64,000 bases of DNA from Candidatus Omnitrophota bacterium (GTDB lineage: Bacteria > Omnitrophota > Gorgyraeia > Pluralincolimonadales > Pluralincolimonadaceae): contig JBAZFB010000001.1 of assembly GCA_041653595.1 (NCBI GenBank), positions 68,467 through 132,466 of the forward strand. Direction: 5' to 3'. This document shows, piece after piece, positions 18,385 through 29,165 of the stretch. Every line of letters begins with the position of its first letter. The stretch's first letter is position 1. The position numbers were made by a program, and so were the translations under genes. The notes under the pieces are model-generated. The model made no database searches, was not told the origin of the DNA, and saw only the letters and a list, made by a program, of their open reading frames with translations.

Positions 18385-19368
18385 TCACTGCCAGACTCCC
18401 GGGATCGCCTCATTACAAGAGGCGCATCTTCCGTTTGCGACATTATTTTCCAGCACATCGTAGCCGACGCGCTTTATTAAAAGCTTCCCGCACTTGGGAC
18501 AATAGGTATTATTCCCGTCGTGGGAGGGGATATTCCCGACATAGGCGTAATGGACGCCCCTCTTTTTTGCCATCTTCCACGCGGCGTCGAGCGTCTCTTC
18601 CGGGGTCGGCGGCAGGTTCTTTAGCTGGTACTGCGGCCAGAATTTGGAAAAATGCAGCGGGACATCGGCGCCCACGTTCTCGACCGTCCAGTCGATAAGG
18701 CGGGCCAGGTCATCTTTTTTGTCGTTTAGCGTCGGGACTATCAGGTTGACCAGCTCCATCCAGACTTTGCGCTCCTTGATCGCCTTTATCGTATCGAGGA
18801 CCGGTCGGAGCCTCCCAAAAGAGACCTTATTGTAAAATTCTTCGGTTATCCCCTTGAAATCCACCTTTATCGCGTCGACCGCCGAGCAGAGGTCATCAAG
18901 CGGCTTAGGGTTAATATATCCGGCGGTAATAAATACGCTTTTGATGCCCGCCTCCCGGCCGATCTTCGCGGTATCCAGGACATATTCCAAATATATGACG
19001 GGATCATTATAAGTATACGCGATCGACCTGCAGTTATACGCGGCCGCCCTTCGCGCCAATTCCCCCGGCGGGAGGTCGATATTATCGGTCTCTTCCGGAT
19101 CCGACTGCGAGATGTCCCAGTTCTGGCAGTATTTGCAGTGCAGGTTGCATCCGGCCGTTCCTATCGAGAACGCGGATGAGGCGGGAAGGAAATGGTAGAG
19201 GGGCTTCTTTTCGATGGGGTCCACGTGGACGGCGCACGGCTTTCCGTAGACGAGGCTTATTACCTTGCCGCCTTTGTTCGACCTCGCCCTGCAGTTACCC
19301 TTCTGTCCTTCATCGAGGACGCATCCGTTGGGACATAACTCGCATTGTACGAGATCTCCCTTTGCCAT
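18385..19368 (-). CDS. Radical SAM enzyme, AmmeMemoRadiSam-system / PflA-like activase family
   Basis: CNLHCKYCQNW (CxxxCxxC) motif typical of this subfamily. C-terminal CPKCG...CASC zinc ribbon. Confidence 0.7.
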   Translation of the reverse strand: MAKGDLVQCELCPNGCVLDEGQKGNCRARSNKGGKVISLVYGKPCAVHVDPIEKKPLYHFLPASSAFSIGTAGCNLHCKYCQNWDISQSDPEETDNIDLPPGELARRAAAYNCRSIAYTYNDPVIYLEYVLDTAKIGREAGIKSVFITAGYINPKPLDDLCSAVDAIKVDFKGITEEFYNKVSFGRLRPVLDTIKAIKERKVWMELVNLIVPTLNDKKDDLARLIDWTVENVGADVPLHFSKFWPQYQLKNLPPTPEETLDAAWKMAKKRGVHYAYVGNIPSHDGNNTYCPKCGKLLIKRVGYDVLENNVANGRCASCNEAIPGVWQ

Positions 19369-19386
19369 ATTGACCCCTTTACCGGC

Positions 19387-20781
19387 TTATTCTTCGTCGG
19401 AGACAAAAAGCTCGGGAAGGAATTTCTTAACTTTCCTCAGCATCTCCTGGTTCGAGATTACGGTCGTCCGGCCTTTGGCGTATTCGGAATCGACCCACTC
19501 CTTTATCTTGATGACCCCGGGGTTGTCTTTCGTGACCTGCTCATCCTTGCCCAGGTTCAAATAAAGGTTAAGCCACTTGGCTATCCCGGCTACGCCGGAT
19601 TTGTCGTTTATCGCGACCGTGACCTTCTTCTTGAGGATCTTCTCGGTATTAAATACGTTGTAAATCTCCTCGTCCTTCATCAGGCCGTCGGCGTGGATAC
19701 CCGCGCTCGTCATATTGAAATTCCTGCCGACGAACGGCTGGTTGTGCGGTATCTCGTAGCCTATCTCTTTAGTAAAATATTCGGCGATATCGGTGATGGC
19801 GGTCGTATCTATGCCGTCCTTGACGCCGCGGAGGGCGAGGTACTCCATCACGAGGCCCTCGATAGGGGTGTTGCCGGTCCTCTCGCCTATGCCCAGCATA
19901 GCGCCGTTAGCAGCGCAGCAGCCGTAAAGCCAGGATGTGGTCGCGTTGATGAGCCCGTGGTAGAAATCGTTGTGGCCGTGCCACTCGAGCTGCTCCGACG
20001 GGACCTCGGCGAGGTTCACCAGCCCGTAGATTATCCCTTTGACGCTCCTCGGGAGCGCGGTGCCTGGATAAGTCACGCCGTAGCCCATGGTATCGCAGGC
20101 CCTTATCTTTATCGGGATCTTCGCCTCCTTGGAAAGCTCCATCAGCTCCTGGACGAATGGGACGACGAACCCGTAGAAATCGGCGCGGGTTATATCCTCG
20201 AGGTGGCACCTAGGGATTATCCCCAGGTCGAGCGCGGATTTGACGATACCGAGATACATATCCATCGCCTGCTTCCTCGTCTTCTTGAGCTTGAGGAATA
20301 TGTGATAGTCGGACGCGGAAGTGAGTATCCCCGTCTCTTTAAGGCCCATCTCCTTGACGAGCTTGAAATCTTCCTTTACCGGCCTTATCCATCCCGTGAC
20401 CTGCGGGAATTTATGGCCGAGCTCGAGGCATTTCCTCACCGCATCCTTGTCCTTATCGGTATAGAGGAAGAACTCGCATTGCCTGATGAGGCCCTGTGAG
20501 CCGCCGAGCCTGTGCAGCATATCGTAGAGGTCGACTATCTGCTTTACCGTGAACGGCGGCAGTGATTGCTGTCCGTCCCTGAAAGTCGTATCCGTTATCC
20601 AGATATCATCCGGCGGGTTCATCGGGACTATCCGGTGGTTAAATACGATCTTCGGGACATCGGTATAATTGAATATCTCCCTGAAAAGGTTCGGGTCATC
20701 GATATCCTGGAGCTCGTACCTGTAATACTCCTCCTCGAGGGTGTTCGTCTTCTTATTGAATTTTATCTCGCCTTTTCTCAT
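19387..20781 (-). CDS. HMGL-like DRE-TIM synthase (Re-citrate synthase / homocitrate / isopropylmalate synthase family)
   Basis: WITDTTFRDGQQS substrate-binding motif. 464 aa. Operon context with aconitase-family and MDH genes suggests Re-citrate synthase. Confidence 0.6.
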   Translation of the reverse strand: MRKGEIKFNKKTNTLEEEYYRYELQDIDDPNLFREIFNYTDVPKIVFNHRIVPMNPPDDIWITDTTFRDGQQSLPPFTVKQIVDLYDMLHRLGGSQGLIRQCEFFLYTDKDKDAVRKCLELGHKFPQVTGWIRPVKEDFKLVKEMGLKETGILTSASDYHIFLKLKKTRKQAMDMYLGIVKSALDLGIIPRCHLEDITRADFYGFVVPFVQELMELSKEAKIPIKIRACDTMGYGVTYPGTALPRSVKGIIYGLVNLAEVPSEQLEWHGHNDFYHGLINATTSWLYGCCAANGAMLGIGERTGNTPIEGLVMEYLALRGVKDGIDTTAITDIAEYFTKEIGYEIPHNQPFVGRNFNMTSAGIHADGLMKDEEIYNVFNTEKILKKKVTVAINDKSGVAGIAKWLNLYLNLGKDEQVTKDNPGVIKIKEWVDSEYAKGRTTVISNQEMLRKVKKFLPELFVSDEE

Positions 20782-20798
20782 CGTCTTGCCTCTTCCCG

Positions 20799-21740
20799 TT
20801 AAACCAGCCCGGATTTTTTTAGGTAATCTATTCCTTCCCTGACCTGTTCAGCCGACCAGCGGAGCGCCGCCAGTTCTTTGTCCGAAATTTTCAATTCTAT
20901 CGTCTCTTCGACGCCGTCCTCCCCTATCCTGGCCGGGACGCCGCAATAAAGGTCCTTTATCCCGTATTGCCCGTCCAGATATACGCTCGCAGGAAGCACC
21001 TCGTTCTTGTCCTTGATCACCGCCTCGAGCATCTCGCAGACCGCGCTCGACGGCGCGTAAAAAGCGCTTCCGGTCTTAAGGAGCGAGACGATCTCGGCGC
21101 CCCCGTCGCGCGTCCTTTGTATTATGGCCTTAAGCTCGCCGTCGGGGATCATCTCCGAGACCGGCCTCCCTTTCGCCTTGGCATATTCGACAAGCGGGAC
21201 CATCGAATCGCCGTGGCCGCCGAGGACCATGGCCTCCACTTCCGACGGCAATACCCCGAGTTTTTCCGCTATGAAATATTTAAACCTCGCAGTATCGAGG
21301 ACTCCGGCCATCCCGAATACCCTCCTGCTCTCAAAACCGGAGACCTTGTAAGCCAGGTACGTCATGATATCCAGCGGGTTCGTCACCATTATTATGATCG
21401 ATCCCGGGCAATATTTACGTATATTCTCCGCCGCCTCCTTGACGATCGCCGCGTTCTTGACGAGGAGGTCCTCGCGCGTCATCCCGGGTTTGCGGGCCAG
21501 GCCTGCGGTCACGATGACCGCGCCTGAGCCTTTTATAAGGGAATAGTCGGAGCCTCCCTCTATATTAAAATTATACTCTTCCGTCGAGGCCGCCTGGCCG
21601 AGGTCCAGGGCCTTGCCCTTCGCCAGCCCTTCGGCAATATCGACGAGGACGACGTCGGCGAGTTTCCTCTCCACTATCCTCTGCGCGCATGTCCCGCCTA
21701 CCTGGCCGGCGCCTATGACCGCGACCTTGAGGTTATTCAA
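20799..21740 (-). CDS. mdh: Malate dehydrogenase (LDH-like family)
   Basis: VIGAGQVGG Rossmann motif, IVTAGLARKPGMTR and GGHGDSMVP motifs. Confidence 0.85.
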   Translation of the reverse strand: MNNLKVAVIGAGQVGGTCAQRIVERKLADVVLVDIAEGLAKGKALDLGQAASTEEYNFNIEGGSDYSLIKGSGAVIVTAGLARKPGMTREDLLVKNAAIVKEAAENIRKYCPGSIIIMVTNPLDIMTYLAYKVSGFESRRVFGMAGVLDTARFKYFIAEKLGVLPSEVEAMVLGGHGDSMVPLVEYAKAKGRPVSEMIPDGELKAIIQRTRDGGAEIVSLLKTGSAFYAPSSAVCEMLEAVIKDKNEVLPASVYLDGQYGIKDLYCGVPARIGEDGVEETIELKISDKELAALRWSAEQVREGIDYLKKSGLV

Positions 21741-22233
21741 TCTTGAAATCCCCGTGTTTCTTTATATGGTCTACGAGCCCGCCGTCACCGAGTATCTGCG
21801 TCATCGCTTTCGGGAGCGGCGCGAATTTCAGGTCGATCTTTTTTGTCACGTTCCTTATCACGCCCTTCTCGAGGTTCACCTCGAGTTCGTCACCGGCGGA
21901 AATTTTATCGGTATCGCACTCTATGGCCGGCAGGCCTATGTTTATCGCGTTCCTGAAGAATATCCTCGCGAACGATTTTGCGAGCACGCACGAAACGCCT
22001 GCCAATTTTATAATGGTAGGGGCGTGTTCCCTTGATGAGCCTAGTCCAAAATTCCTGCCGCCAACCACTAGATCACCCTTCGCGACCTTCGAGGCGAACT
22101 GCGGATCCGCGTCCTCGAGGACGTGTTTCGCGAGCTCGTTAAGGTCAGACCTGAGGTGGAAATATCTTCCCGGGGCGATAAGGTCGGTAGATATATCGTT
22201 GCCGAACTTCCACGCCTTTCCGCGTAATAACAT
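21733..22233 (-). CDS. Aconitase-family small subunit (LeuD-like)
   Basis: Probable start MLLRGKAWKFG at 22233, overlapping the large-subunit stop by 1 nt (TAATG). The ORF-track N-terminal extension is Arg-rich junk. Confidence 0.75.
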   Translation of the reverse strand: MLLRGKAWKFGNDISTDLIAPGRYFHLRSDLNELAKHVLEDADPQFASKVAKGDLVVGGRNFGLGSSREHAPTIIKLAGVSCVLAKSFARIFFRNAINIGLPAIECDTDKISAGDELEVNLEKGVIRNVTKKIDLKFAPLPKAMTQILGDGGLVDHIKKHGDFKIE

Positions 22234-23486
22234 TATAGGTACTCCCTGGGGTCGGTTACCTCGCCCTTGATCGCCGAGGCGGCCGCAGTCGCCGGCGAAG
22301 CGAGATATATGAAACTCTTGGGATTGCCCATCCTGCCGAGAAAATTCCTGTTGGATGTGGAGATGCAATTCTCTCCGTCTCCCAGTATGCCGCCGTGTAC
22401 CCCGACGCACGCGCCGCAGCCCGGGGTAGTCACCGTCGCCCCGAACTCTATGAATGTCTCGAGCAGCCCTTCCTTGGCCGCCATAAGGTAAACGTCCTTC
22501 GACGCCGGCGTCACGATGACACGCGTATCCGGGTCGCGCTTACGGCCTTTCCATATCGCCGCGACCAATTTAAGGTCCTCTATCCTGCCGTTCGTGCACG
22601 AGCCGATAAAGACCTGGTGTATCTTGACCTTCCCTATCTTATCTATAGGCTTGGCATTATCGATCGTATGCGGAAGGGAGACCATAGGCGCCAGCTTATC
22701 CACTTCGATATTTATCTCTTTTTCGAATTTCGCGTCCTTGTCCGATTTTATCTCCCGGTATTTCTCTTCCCTGCCGTGCTGTTTAAGATATGCCTTGGTC
22801 ACCCTGTCGGAGGCGAATATGCCGGCCTTGGCCCCGGCCTCTACGGCCATATTAGATATTACCAGCCGCTCCGACATCGGGAGCGATACCATCGCCTCGC
22901 CGGTAAACTCGAGGGCCTTATAAGTGGCCCCCTCGGCGCCGAGCGTGCCGATGAGATATAACATGAAATCTTTTGCATATACGCCGGGCTTGAATTTACC
23001 GCTGACCGCTATCTTTATCGTCTGAGGGACGCGGAACCACGTCTTGCCGAGGCCCATAGCGACGGCCACATCTGTAGATCCCATCCCTGTCGCGAAAGCG
23101 CCCAATGCCCCGCCGGTGCAGGTATGGGAATCGGCGCCGACAAGGACGTTGCCCGGCGAGGTGAAAAGCTCGCTCATTATCTGGTGGCAGACCCCCTCGC
23201 CTATCTCGAACAGGTAACAGCCCGTCTTCCTCGCGAAATTCCTCAACGTTATGTGGTCGTTCGAGAGTTCTTTCCTGGGCGACGGCGCCGCGTGGTCGAG
23301 AAATACGGCAATGCCCTGCGGGTTGACGACTTTTTTTATCCCCAACTGCTCGAGCTGCCTTACCGCGAGCGGCCCGGTGCCGTCCTGCAGGAGGCAAAGA
23401 TCCACCTTGGCGATGACGAAATCGTCCGCCTTTACGTCCTTCCCGGAATGCTCGGACAATATCTTTTCCGAAATTGTTTTTCCCAT
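22233..23486 (-). CDS. Aconitase-family large subunit (LeuC-like 3-isopropylmalate dehydratase/homoaconitase type)
   Basis: 417 aa with Fe-S ligating cysteines (GSCTNGR, CGACVG). Confidence 0.8.
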   Translation of the reverse strand: MGKTISEKILSEHSGKDVKADDFVIAKVDLCLLQDGTGPLAVRQLEQLGIKKVVNPQGIAVFLDHAAPSPRKELSNDHITLRNFARKTGCYLFEIGEGVCHQIMSELFTSPGNVLVGADSHTCTGGALGAFATGMGSTDVAVAMGLGKTWFRVPQTIKIAVSGKFKPGVYAKDFMLYLIGTLGAEGATYKALEFTGEAMVSLPMSERLVISNMAVEAGAKAGIFASDRVTKAYLKQHGREEKYREIKSDKDAKFEKEINIEVDKLAPMVSLPHTIDNAKPIDKIGKVKIHQVFIGSCTNGRIEDLKLVAAIWKGRKRDPDTRVIVTPASKDVYLMAAKEGLLETFIEFGATVTTPGCGACVGVHGGILGDGENCISTSNRNFLGRMGNPKSFIYLASPATAAASAIKGEVTDPREYL

Positions 23487-23502
23487 ATTTGTCTTATTAG
23501 GT

Positions 23503-23540
23503 ATAAAGCCCGGGGTTCGAGGGTCCCGGGCTTTATTTGA
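23503..23540 (-). terminator. GC-rich hairpin terminator after the small secreted-protein gene
   Basis: AAAGCCCGGG-10nt-CCCGGGCTTT flanked by T-rich sequence. Confidence 0.5.
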
Positions 23541-23557
23541 GATTCAAGGAAATGCTT

Positions 23558-23926
23558 TTATTTCTTTTCGGCTGGCCAGGATTCCTCTACGGATTTTCCG
23601 GGCATCTCTGCCGTACCAACGACCCCGGTCTTTACCGTATCTGCCGTCCCGGTAACGGGAGTTGTCACTATCTTTTCGGCTGCCCCTTCTTCGCCGGTAA
23701 GCGTCCCGCCGACAGCTTTCCCTGTGTCAGCCACGGTCCCGACGGCCTTTACGCCTGTATCGCCGACGACCTGGGCGGAATCCTTAGCGGCATTGAACGG
23801 CCAGTGGAACACGCCGCGCCAGAACTTCACAAAACCGTTCTCCTGCTGCTCTGCCGCGCATGCCGAACCGGCTACCATGCACGTTACGACCATTACCGCC
23901 AATACCAACAATGCCAACTTCTTCAT
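23558..23926 (-). CDS. Small secreted repeat protein
   Basis: Signal peptide, then DTGVKAVGTVADTGKAVGGT-type repeats. Confidence 0.45.
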   Translation of the reverse strand: MKKLALLVLAVMVVTCMVAGSACAAEQQENGFVKFWRGVFHWPFNAAKDSAQVVGDTGVKAVGTVADTGKAVGGTLTGEEGAAEKIVTTPVTGTADTVKTGVVGTAEMPGKSVEESWPAEKK

Positions 23927-23999
23927 TTACTTCCCCCTTTTAATGAGCCCCGACAATCGGGGCGAATTATGTCCGCCAAGTATTTGGCGGACTTCCTTA

Positions 24000-24185
24000 T
24001 CACTCTATCGAGATAGCTTCAACAGGACAACTGTCCTTGGCTTCTTTGCAGGTTTCCTCGGCTGCTTTTGGTACAGGATTGACTTTCACGGAAGCGGTAT
24101 CGCCCTTCATTTCGAAGACCTCCGGGCATATATTAGTGCAGAGTTCGCAACCGGTGCAGAGATTCGGGTCTACCTTAGCTTTCAT
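24000..24185 (-). CDS. 4Fe-4S ferredoxin (single-cluster)
   Basis: CTGCELCTNICP ... C motif; 61 aa. Confidence 0.75.
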   Translation of the reverse strand: MKAKVDPNLCTGCELCTNICPEVFEMKGDTASVKVNPVPKAAEETCKEAKDSCPVEAISIE

Positions 24186-24877
24186 CTAGTCACCTCCTCC
24201 ATACGCTCCATAAGCAACCCTTCGGCTAAACGCTCTTCTTTGCCGGTGATGTGGCCTTCGAGGAATTCAGCCTGTAATTGTTTAGAGAGGCAGTTTATGA
24301 ATATATTTAAGGCATTATTATACGACCATTTACGCCAAACGTCAAGTGGCAAACTGACCTCGCCCTGTTGCAATACGACCCCGAACTTGCGCCTCTGGGC
24401 CGCGCCGGCTATCTTCTTGCCGCGAGAGACTACATCCGACCTGACAGGCAGGGCAAAACACGAACCGAACGCCTTGGCCGGGACCGAAACCGGGGCATAA
24501 AGCTCGGCCTCAAGGCCCAATTCCTTCACCGCGGCGGCAACGCCTTCGTGTATATGGCGGTATGACGCGGCGGTCCCTTCCGGCATCACTCCTGAGCGCT
24601 CGCCGAAGACCAGGGAATACGTGATCCCGAGCTCGTCATGGTATACCGAACCGCCGCCGGTTGGCCGCCGGACGATCGGGACGCTGCTCTTCAGGAAAGG
24701 GCTATCGTCAAGCCGCTGGAATTTGCCTATAGAGACGCATGGGTATGTCCAACGGTATACTCTCAGGGTGGGGGCTGACGGCTCTTCCGCCATAGACTGC
24801 ATGATCGCCTCGTCGAGGGCCATGTTGGCCCCCGGCTCACGGGCGCCGTCTATTATCAGGCGCCAGGTTTTTTCCAT
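24182..24877 (-). CDS. Lipoyl/octanoyl transferase, LplA/LipM family (BPL_LPL catalytic domain)
   Basis: [15 protein letters not shown] motif. Overlaps gcvPB upstream and the ferredoxin gene downstream. Confidence 0.7.
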   Translation of the reverse strand: MEKTWRLIIDGAREPGANMALDEAIMQSMAEEPSAPTLRVYRWTYPCVSIGKFQRLDDSPFLKSSVPIVRRPTGGGSVYHDELGITYSLVFGERSGVMPEGTAASYRHIHEGVAAAVKELGLEAELYAPVSVPAKAFGSCFALPVRSDVVSRGKKIAGAAQRRKFGVVLQQGEVSLPLDVWRKWSYNNALNIFINCLSKQLQAEFLEGHITGKEERLAEGLLMERMEEVTR

Positions 24878-26310
24878 CTTAAGTTAAGCTCCCTTGCGGC
24901 GAGGACTTCATCGAGCCTGCGGACAGGGGTTATATGCGGCGCCCCGGTCAAGAGCGAGGCATTAGACCTCGCCTCCGCGGCTATCCTTATCATCGTTTCG
25001 GCGAAGGCATCGAGCGTCTCTTTCGACTCGGTCTCGGTCGGCTCTATCATTATCGCCTCCTCGACTATAAGCGGGAAATATACCGTCGGCGCGTGGAACC
25101 CGTAATCCAGGAGGCGTTTCGCGATATCGAGCGTCTTTACGCCGAACTCCTTCTTATCCTTCCCTGTGAGGACAAATTCGTGCATGCACGGCTCGTCCTC
25201 GACGGCGAGCTGGTAGTCGTTCTTGAGCTTCGCTTTCAGGTAATTCGCGTTGAGGACCGCCTCGAACGTGGCATCCTTCAGGCCGTCGGAGCCGAGCGAT
25301 TTCATATAGCAATATGCCCTTATTATCACGCCCGTGTTCCCATAAAAGGCGCGGACCTTGCCGATCGACCTCTTCTGGTCGTAATCGAGCGAGAGCTTGT
25401 TCCTCTTCTGTTTTATCCTGGGGATAGGGAGGAAATCTGCCAGATGGGCCTTTACGCCGACCGGCCCGGAACCTGGCCCGCCGCCGCCGTGCGGCGTGGA
25501 GAAAGTTTTATGAAGGTTCACATGACATACATCGAATCCCATATCCCCGGGCCTGGCCACGCCGAGAAGCGCGTTTAAGTTCGCGCCGTCCAGGTAAAGG
25601 AGCGCGCCGGCCTTATGGACTATATCGGCTATCTCTTTGACATTCTTCTCGAAGAGGCCGAGCGTATTCGGGTTCGTAAGCATCAGGACCGCGACCTCAT
25701 CGTCCATCGCGGCCTTCAGCGAGTCAAGGTCTATGCGGCCCGCCTTATCGGATCTTACCGTGACCACCTCATATCCGCATAACGCCGCGGACGCCGGATT
25801 GGTCCCGTGCGCCGAATCGGGTATCACGACTTTCTTGCGGGGGCTGCCTTTTGAAGTATGATATGCCCTGACGATGAGCATGCCGGTAAGCTCTCCGTGC
25901 GCGCCGGCCGCGGGCTGGAGAGTGAAAGCGTCCATCCCGCAGATCTTGCAGAGAGCCTGTTCCGTCTCATAAAGCACCTCCAGCATCCCCTGCACGCTCG
26001 TTTCCGGCTGGTAAGGATGGAGCCCGGTAAATTGCGGAAGGCCGGCCATCTTCTCGTTTATCTTCGGGTTATATTTCATCGTGCATGAGCCGAGCGGATA
26101 GAAATTCGTATCAATGGAATAATTCAGCTGCGACAACCGCGTAAAATGCCGTACGCAGTCGAGCTCGCTGACCTCGGGAAGGTCAGGTCCGTCCTTGCGC
26201 AGGCATTCCTGCGGGATAAGCGACTTTATATCGGCGTCCGGCACGTCGAGTTTCGGGAGAGAATATCCCTTCCTGCCGGGGCTGCTTATTTCGAATATAA
26301 GTTTTTCCAT
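24856..26310 (-). CDS. gcvPB: Glycine dehydrogenase (decarboxylating) subunit 2
   Basis: 484 aa; PLP-dependent P-protein C-terminal half. Overlaps gcvPA by 1 nt. Confidence 0.9.
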   Translation of the reverse strand: MEKLIFEISSPGRKGYSLPKLDVPDADIKSLIPQECLRKDGPDLPEVSELDCVRHFTRLSQLNYSIDTNFYPLGSCTMKYNPKINEKMAGLPQFTGLHPYQPETSVQGMLEVLYETEQALCKICGMDAFTLQPAAGAHGELTGMLIVRAYHTSKGSPRKKVVIPDSAHGTNPASAALCGYEVVTVRSDKAGRIDLDSLKAAMDDEVAVLMLTNPNTLGLFEKNVKEIADIVHKAGALLYLDGANLNALLGVARPGDMGFDVCHVNLHKTFSTPHGGGGPGSGPVGVKAHLADFLPIPRIKQKRNKLSLDYDQKRSIGKVRAFYGNTGVIIRAYCYMKSLGSDGLKDATFEAVLNANYLKAKLKNDYQLAVEDEPCMHEFVLTGKDKKEFGVKTLDIAKRLLDYGFHAPTVYFPLIVEEAIMIEPTETESKETLDAFAETMIRIAAEARSNASLLTGAPHITPVRRLDEVLAARELNLRWKKPGA

Positions 26311-27644
26311 CAGTGTTTCCCCAGGAGTTCCGCGAACCTGTCAAGGTCATCGTTCGACTTCGTCTCGGTGACGCAGATCAGCATGCAATTCTTCATATCG
26401 GCGCGGAACCTGCCGAGCGGCAGGCCGCCTATCATGCCGTGCTTGAGAAGGTCGCCTGTTATCTTATCCGTCTCTTTCCCGCACCTGACCACGAATTCGT
26501 TGAAGAACGGCGCCTCGAACATCAGCTCGAACCCGCTCAATTTAAGTATCTTATCTTTAAGATAATGGCTCTTCAAGACGTTCTGCCGCGCGACTTCCTT
26601 TATCCCTTCCTTGCCTAACAGCGAAAGGTGGACGCACGCGGCCAGTGCCATGAGCCCTTCGTTGCTGCAGATATTTGACGTCGCCTTCTCCCTGCGGATA
26701 TGCTGTTCGCGCGCCTGCATCGTCAGGACGAAACCGCGCTTTCCTTCTATATCTTTTGTCATGCCGGCGACCCTGCCCGGCATCTTGCGCATATGTTTTT
26801 CTTTTACCGCGAAGAAACCCAGGTACGGCCCGCCGAAACTCATCGGTATCCCGAGCGGCTGGCCTTCGCCGACCGCGATATCGGCGTTATATCCGCCCGG
26901 AGCTTTTAATATTCCGAGCGATACGGGATTTACGCAGGCGATCAGGAGCGCTCCGCAGGAATGGCAGATGGATTCGATCTTGTCGGCCTTCTCGATGCAG
27001 CCGAAGAAATTCGGGTTCTGGACGATCACGCAGGCAGTGGAATCGTTCGCTTCTTTTTTTAATGCCGTTTCGTCGAAGAGGCCGCCTGCATGCGGTATCT
27101 CTACAAATTCTATCTTATACCCTTCAAGGTATGTCTTTATTACCTGCCTGTACTCGGGATGCAGGGAGCTTGAGAATATGACACGGTTCCTGCCGGTCTC
27201 CTTTACAGCGAGAATGACGGCCTCGGCCAAAGCTGACGCGCCGTCGTACATCGAGGCGTTGGCGACGTCCATTCCGGTCAATTCGCATATAAGGCTTTGG
27301 TACTCATATATCGCCTGTAGTGTTCCCTGGCTCGCCTCGGCCTGGTACGGCGTATATGCGGTAAGAAATTCCCCCCTTGAGATCAGCGATTCGACGGCCT
27401 GCGGGATATAATGCTCGTACGCGCCGCCGCCAAGGAAGGAAACCAGTTTCTGGGTAGAATAATTCTTCCCTGCCTTATCAAGCATGAGCTTTTTCAGCTC
27501 AAGTTCGGAGATGCCTTCGGCCAGGTCGAGCTTCTGCAGGCGGAACTCTTTGGGGATGGCGCTGAAAAGATCTTCTGAGGATGCCGCTCCTATAACGCCG
27601 AGCATCTCTTTCTTGTCTTTATCGGTATGGGGCGAGTACTTCAA
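26310..27644 (-). CDS. gcvPA: Glycine dehydrogenase (decarboxylating) subunit 1
   Basis: 444 aa P-protein N-terminal half. Confidence 0.9.
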   Translation of the reverse strand: MKYSPHTDKDKKEMLGVIGAASSEDLFSAIPKEFRLQKLDLAEGISELELKKLMLDKAGKNYSTQKLVSFLGGGAYEHYIPQAVESLISRGEFLTAYTPYQAEASQGTLQAIYEYQSLICELTGMDVANASMYDGASALAEAVILAVKETGRNRVIFSSSLHPEYRQVIKTYLEGYKIEFVEIPHAGGLFDETALKKEANDSTACVIVQNPNFFGCIEKADKIESICHSCGALLIACVNPVSLGILKAPGGYNADIAVGEGQPLGIPMSFGGPYLGFFAVKEKHMRKMPGRVAGMTKDIEGKRGFVLTMQAREQHIRREKATSNICSNEGLMALAACVHLSLLGKEGIKEVARQNVLKSHYLKDKILKLSGFELMFEAPFFNEFVVRCGKETDKITGDLLKHGMIGGLPLGRFRADMKNCMLICVTETKSNDDLDRFAELLGKH

Positions 27645-27645
27645 A

Positions 27646-28035
27646 TCAATGCGCTCCGGTCTTTATGAATTCCAGGTAATCCTTTTGCGTCATCAGGGAA
27701 TCTATCTCTGATTTGTCCTTCATCTCGATCGCGAAGAACCAGCCCTCTTCATAGGGCGACTTGTTGACCAGTGAAGGGTCCTTTTCGACCGCATCGTTCG
27801 CTTTTACTATCTTCCCGGATACCGGGGCATATATCGAGAAGGCGGCCTTTACCGATTCCACTACCGCGGCCTCGCCTGCCTTCGCTACCTCTTTACCGGT
27901 TTTGGGAAGTTCGACGAAGACGACGTCGGTTATCTCTTTCTGGGCGTGGTCTGTTATGCCTACGTAGCCGGTGCTGCCCTCGACCCTAAGCCATTCATGC
28001 GTCTTCGTAAAACGCAGTTTCTCCAGATCGACCAT
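27646..28035 (-). CDS. gcvH: Glycine cleavage system H protein
   Basis: 129 aa with lipoyl-lysine region (ESVKAA). Confidence 0.9.
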   Translation of the reverse strand: MVDLEKLRFTKTHEWLRVEGSTGYVGITDHAQKEITDVVFVELPKTGKEVAKAGEAAVVESVKAAFSIYAPVSGKIVKANDAVEKDPSLVNKSPYEEGWFFAIEMKDKSEIDSLMTQKDYLEFIKTGAH

Positions 28036-28061
28036 TATCTCTTCCTCCTGCTTGTCCCGCG

Positions 28062-29162
28062 CTAATTTTTAGCGCGGCGATAAAATGGCGTCTCCACAAT
28101 AACGGCCTTCTTCTTTTCGCCGTGGACTATCACATCGAAAATCCCGCCGGTCTTGGAATCTTCCGGCGCGACATACGCGAAACCTATATTTTCTTTCAAA
28201 GTCGGCGAATAAGTCCCGCTCGTAACTATGCCGGCACTCTTCCCGCCCTTTTCTATGGCATATCCGGTGCGGGGGATCGCTCTATCCAACATCTTAAATC
28301 CTACCAGTATCTCCTCGATCCCCTTTGCCTTCCTCTCGAGTATAGCTTTTTTGCCGATGAAATCCTTGCTCAGGTCAAGCGTCCTCTCCAGCCCCGACTC
28401 CAATGGTGTCTTAGACTCATCAGTATCGACACCATAAAGCGGGCATCCCGCCTCAAGCCTTAAGGTGTCCCTCGCGCCCAGCCCGGCCGGGATAAGGCCA
28501 TATCCTTTTCCGGAGGCCAGGATATCGTTCCAGACCTTTATGCACTTGCCTGCCGGTATGAACATCTCGAACCCGTCCTCGCCGGTGTATCCGCTCCTCG
28601 AAAGGAGCGCGTAAGAACCGTCGACTTCGGTTTCGACAAAATGGCGGTGTTTGAGCTGGTCGATGTAGGCTTTACAAAAGTGAGACAATATCTGCTGCGA
28701 AGCCGGCCCCTGGATGGCTATCCCGCCGAGCGAATCGTTTATATCTTTTATATCGGCGCCTTCCGTGTTATGAGACCGTATCCACGCGAGGTCTTTTTCG
28801 AAGGTCGAGGCGTTCACGATAAGGATATACCTCTCTTCGCCCGCGTTATATATGAAGGCGTCATCAAGGGTCCCGCCGTTATCGTCGCATAACGGGGAAT
28901 AGACTATGCCTCCCGGGGCGGCCTTTTCTATGTTATTGGTGAATATCTTCTGCAGGAATTCTTTCGAGGACTTTCCGGAGACCTCGAGTTTTCCGAGGTG
29001 GGAGATATCGAAAAGCCCGGCTTTGGTGCGGGTCGCGTTATGTTCCTCAATAATGCTCGTATACTGGATAGGTAAAAGCCAGCCGTGGAATGAAACGATC
29101 TTCGCGTTAAGACCCTTGTGCGCCTCGTAGAGGGGGGTCTTCCTGTCTTCAGTGGAAGTCAT
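28062..29162 (-). CDS. gcvT: Glycine cleavage system aminomethyltransferase T
   Basis: 366 aa GcvT family. Confidence 0.9.
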   Translation of the reverse strand: MTSTEDRKTPLYEAHKGLNAKIVSFHGWLLPIQYTSIIEEHNATRTKAGLFDISHLGKLEVSGKSSKEFLQKIFTNNIEKAAPGGIVYSPLCDDNGGTLDDAFIYNAGEERYILIVNASTFEKDLAWIRSHNTEGADIKDINDSLGGIAIQGPASQQILSHFCKAYIDQLKHRHFVETEVDGSYALLSRSGYTGEDGFEMFIPAGKCIKVWNDILASGKGYGLIPAGLGARDTLRLEAGCPLYGVDTDESKTPLESGLERTLDLSKDFIGKKAILERKAKGIEEILVGFKMLDRAIPRTGYAIEKGGKSAGIVTSGTYSPTLKENIGFAYVAPEDSKTGGIFDVIVHGEKKKAVIVETPFYRRAKN

Positions 29163-29165
29163 CTA

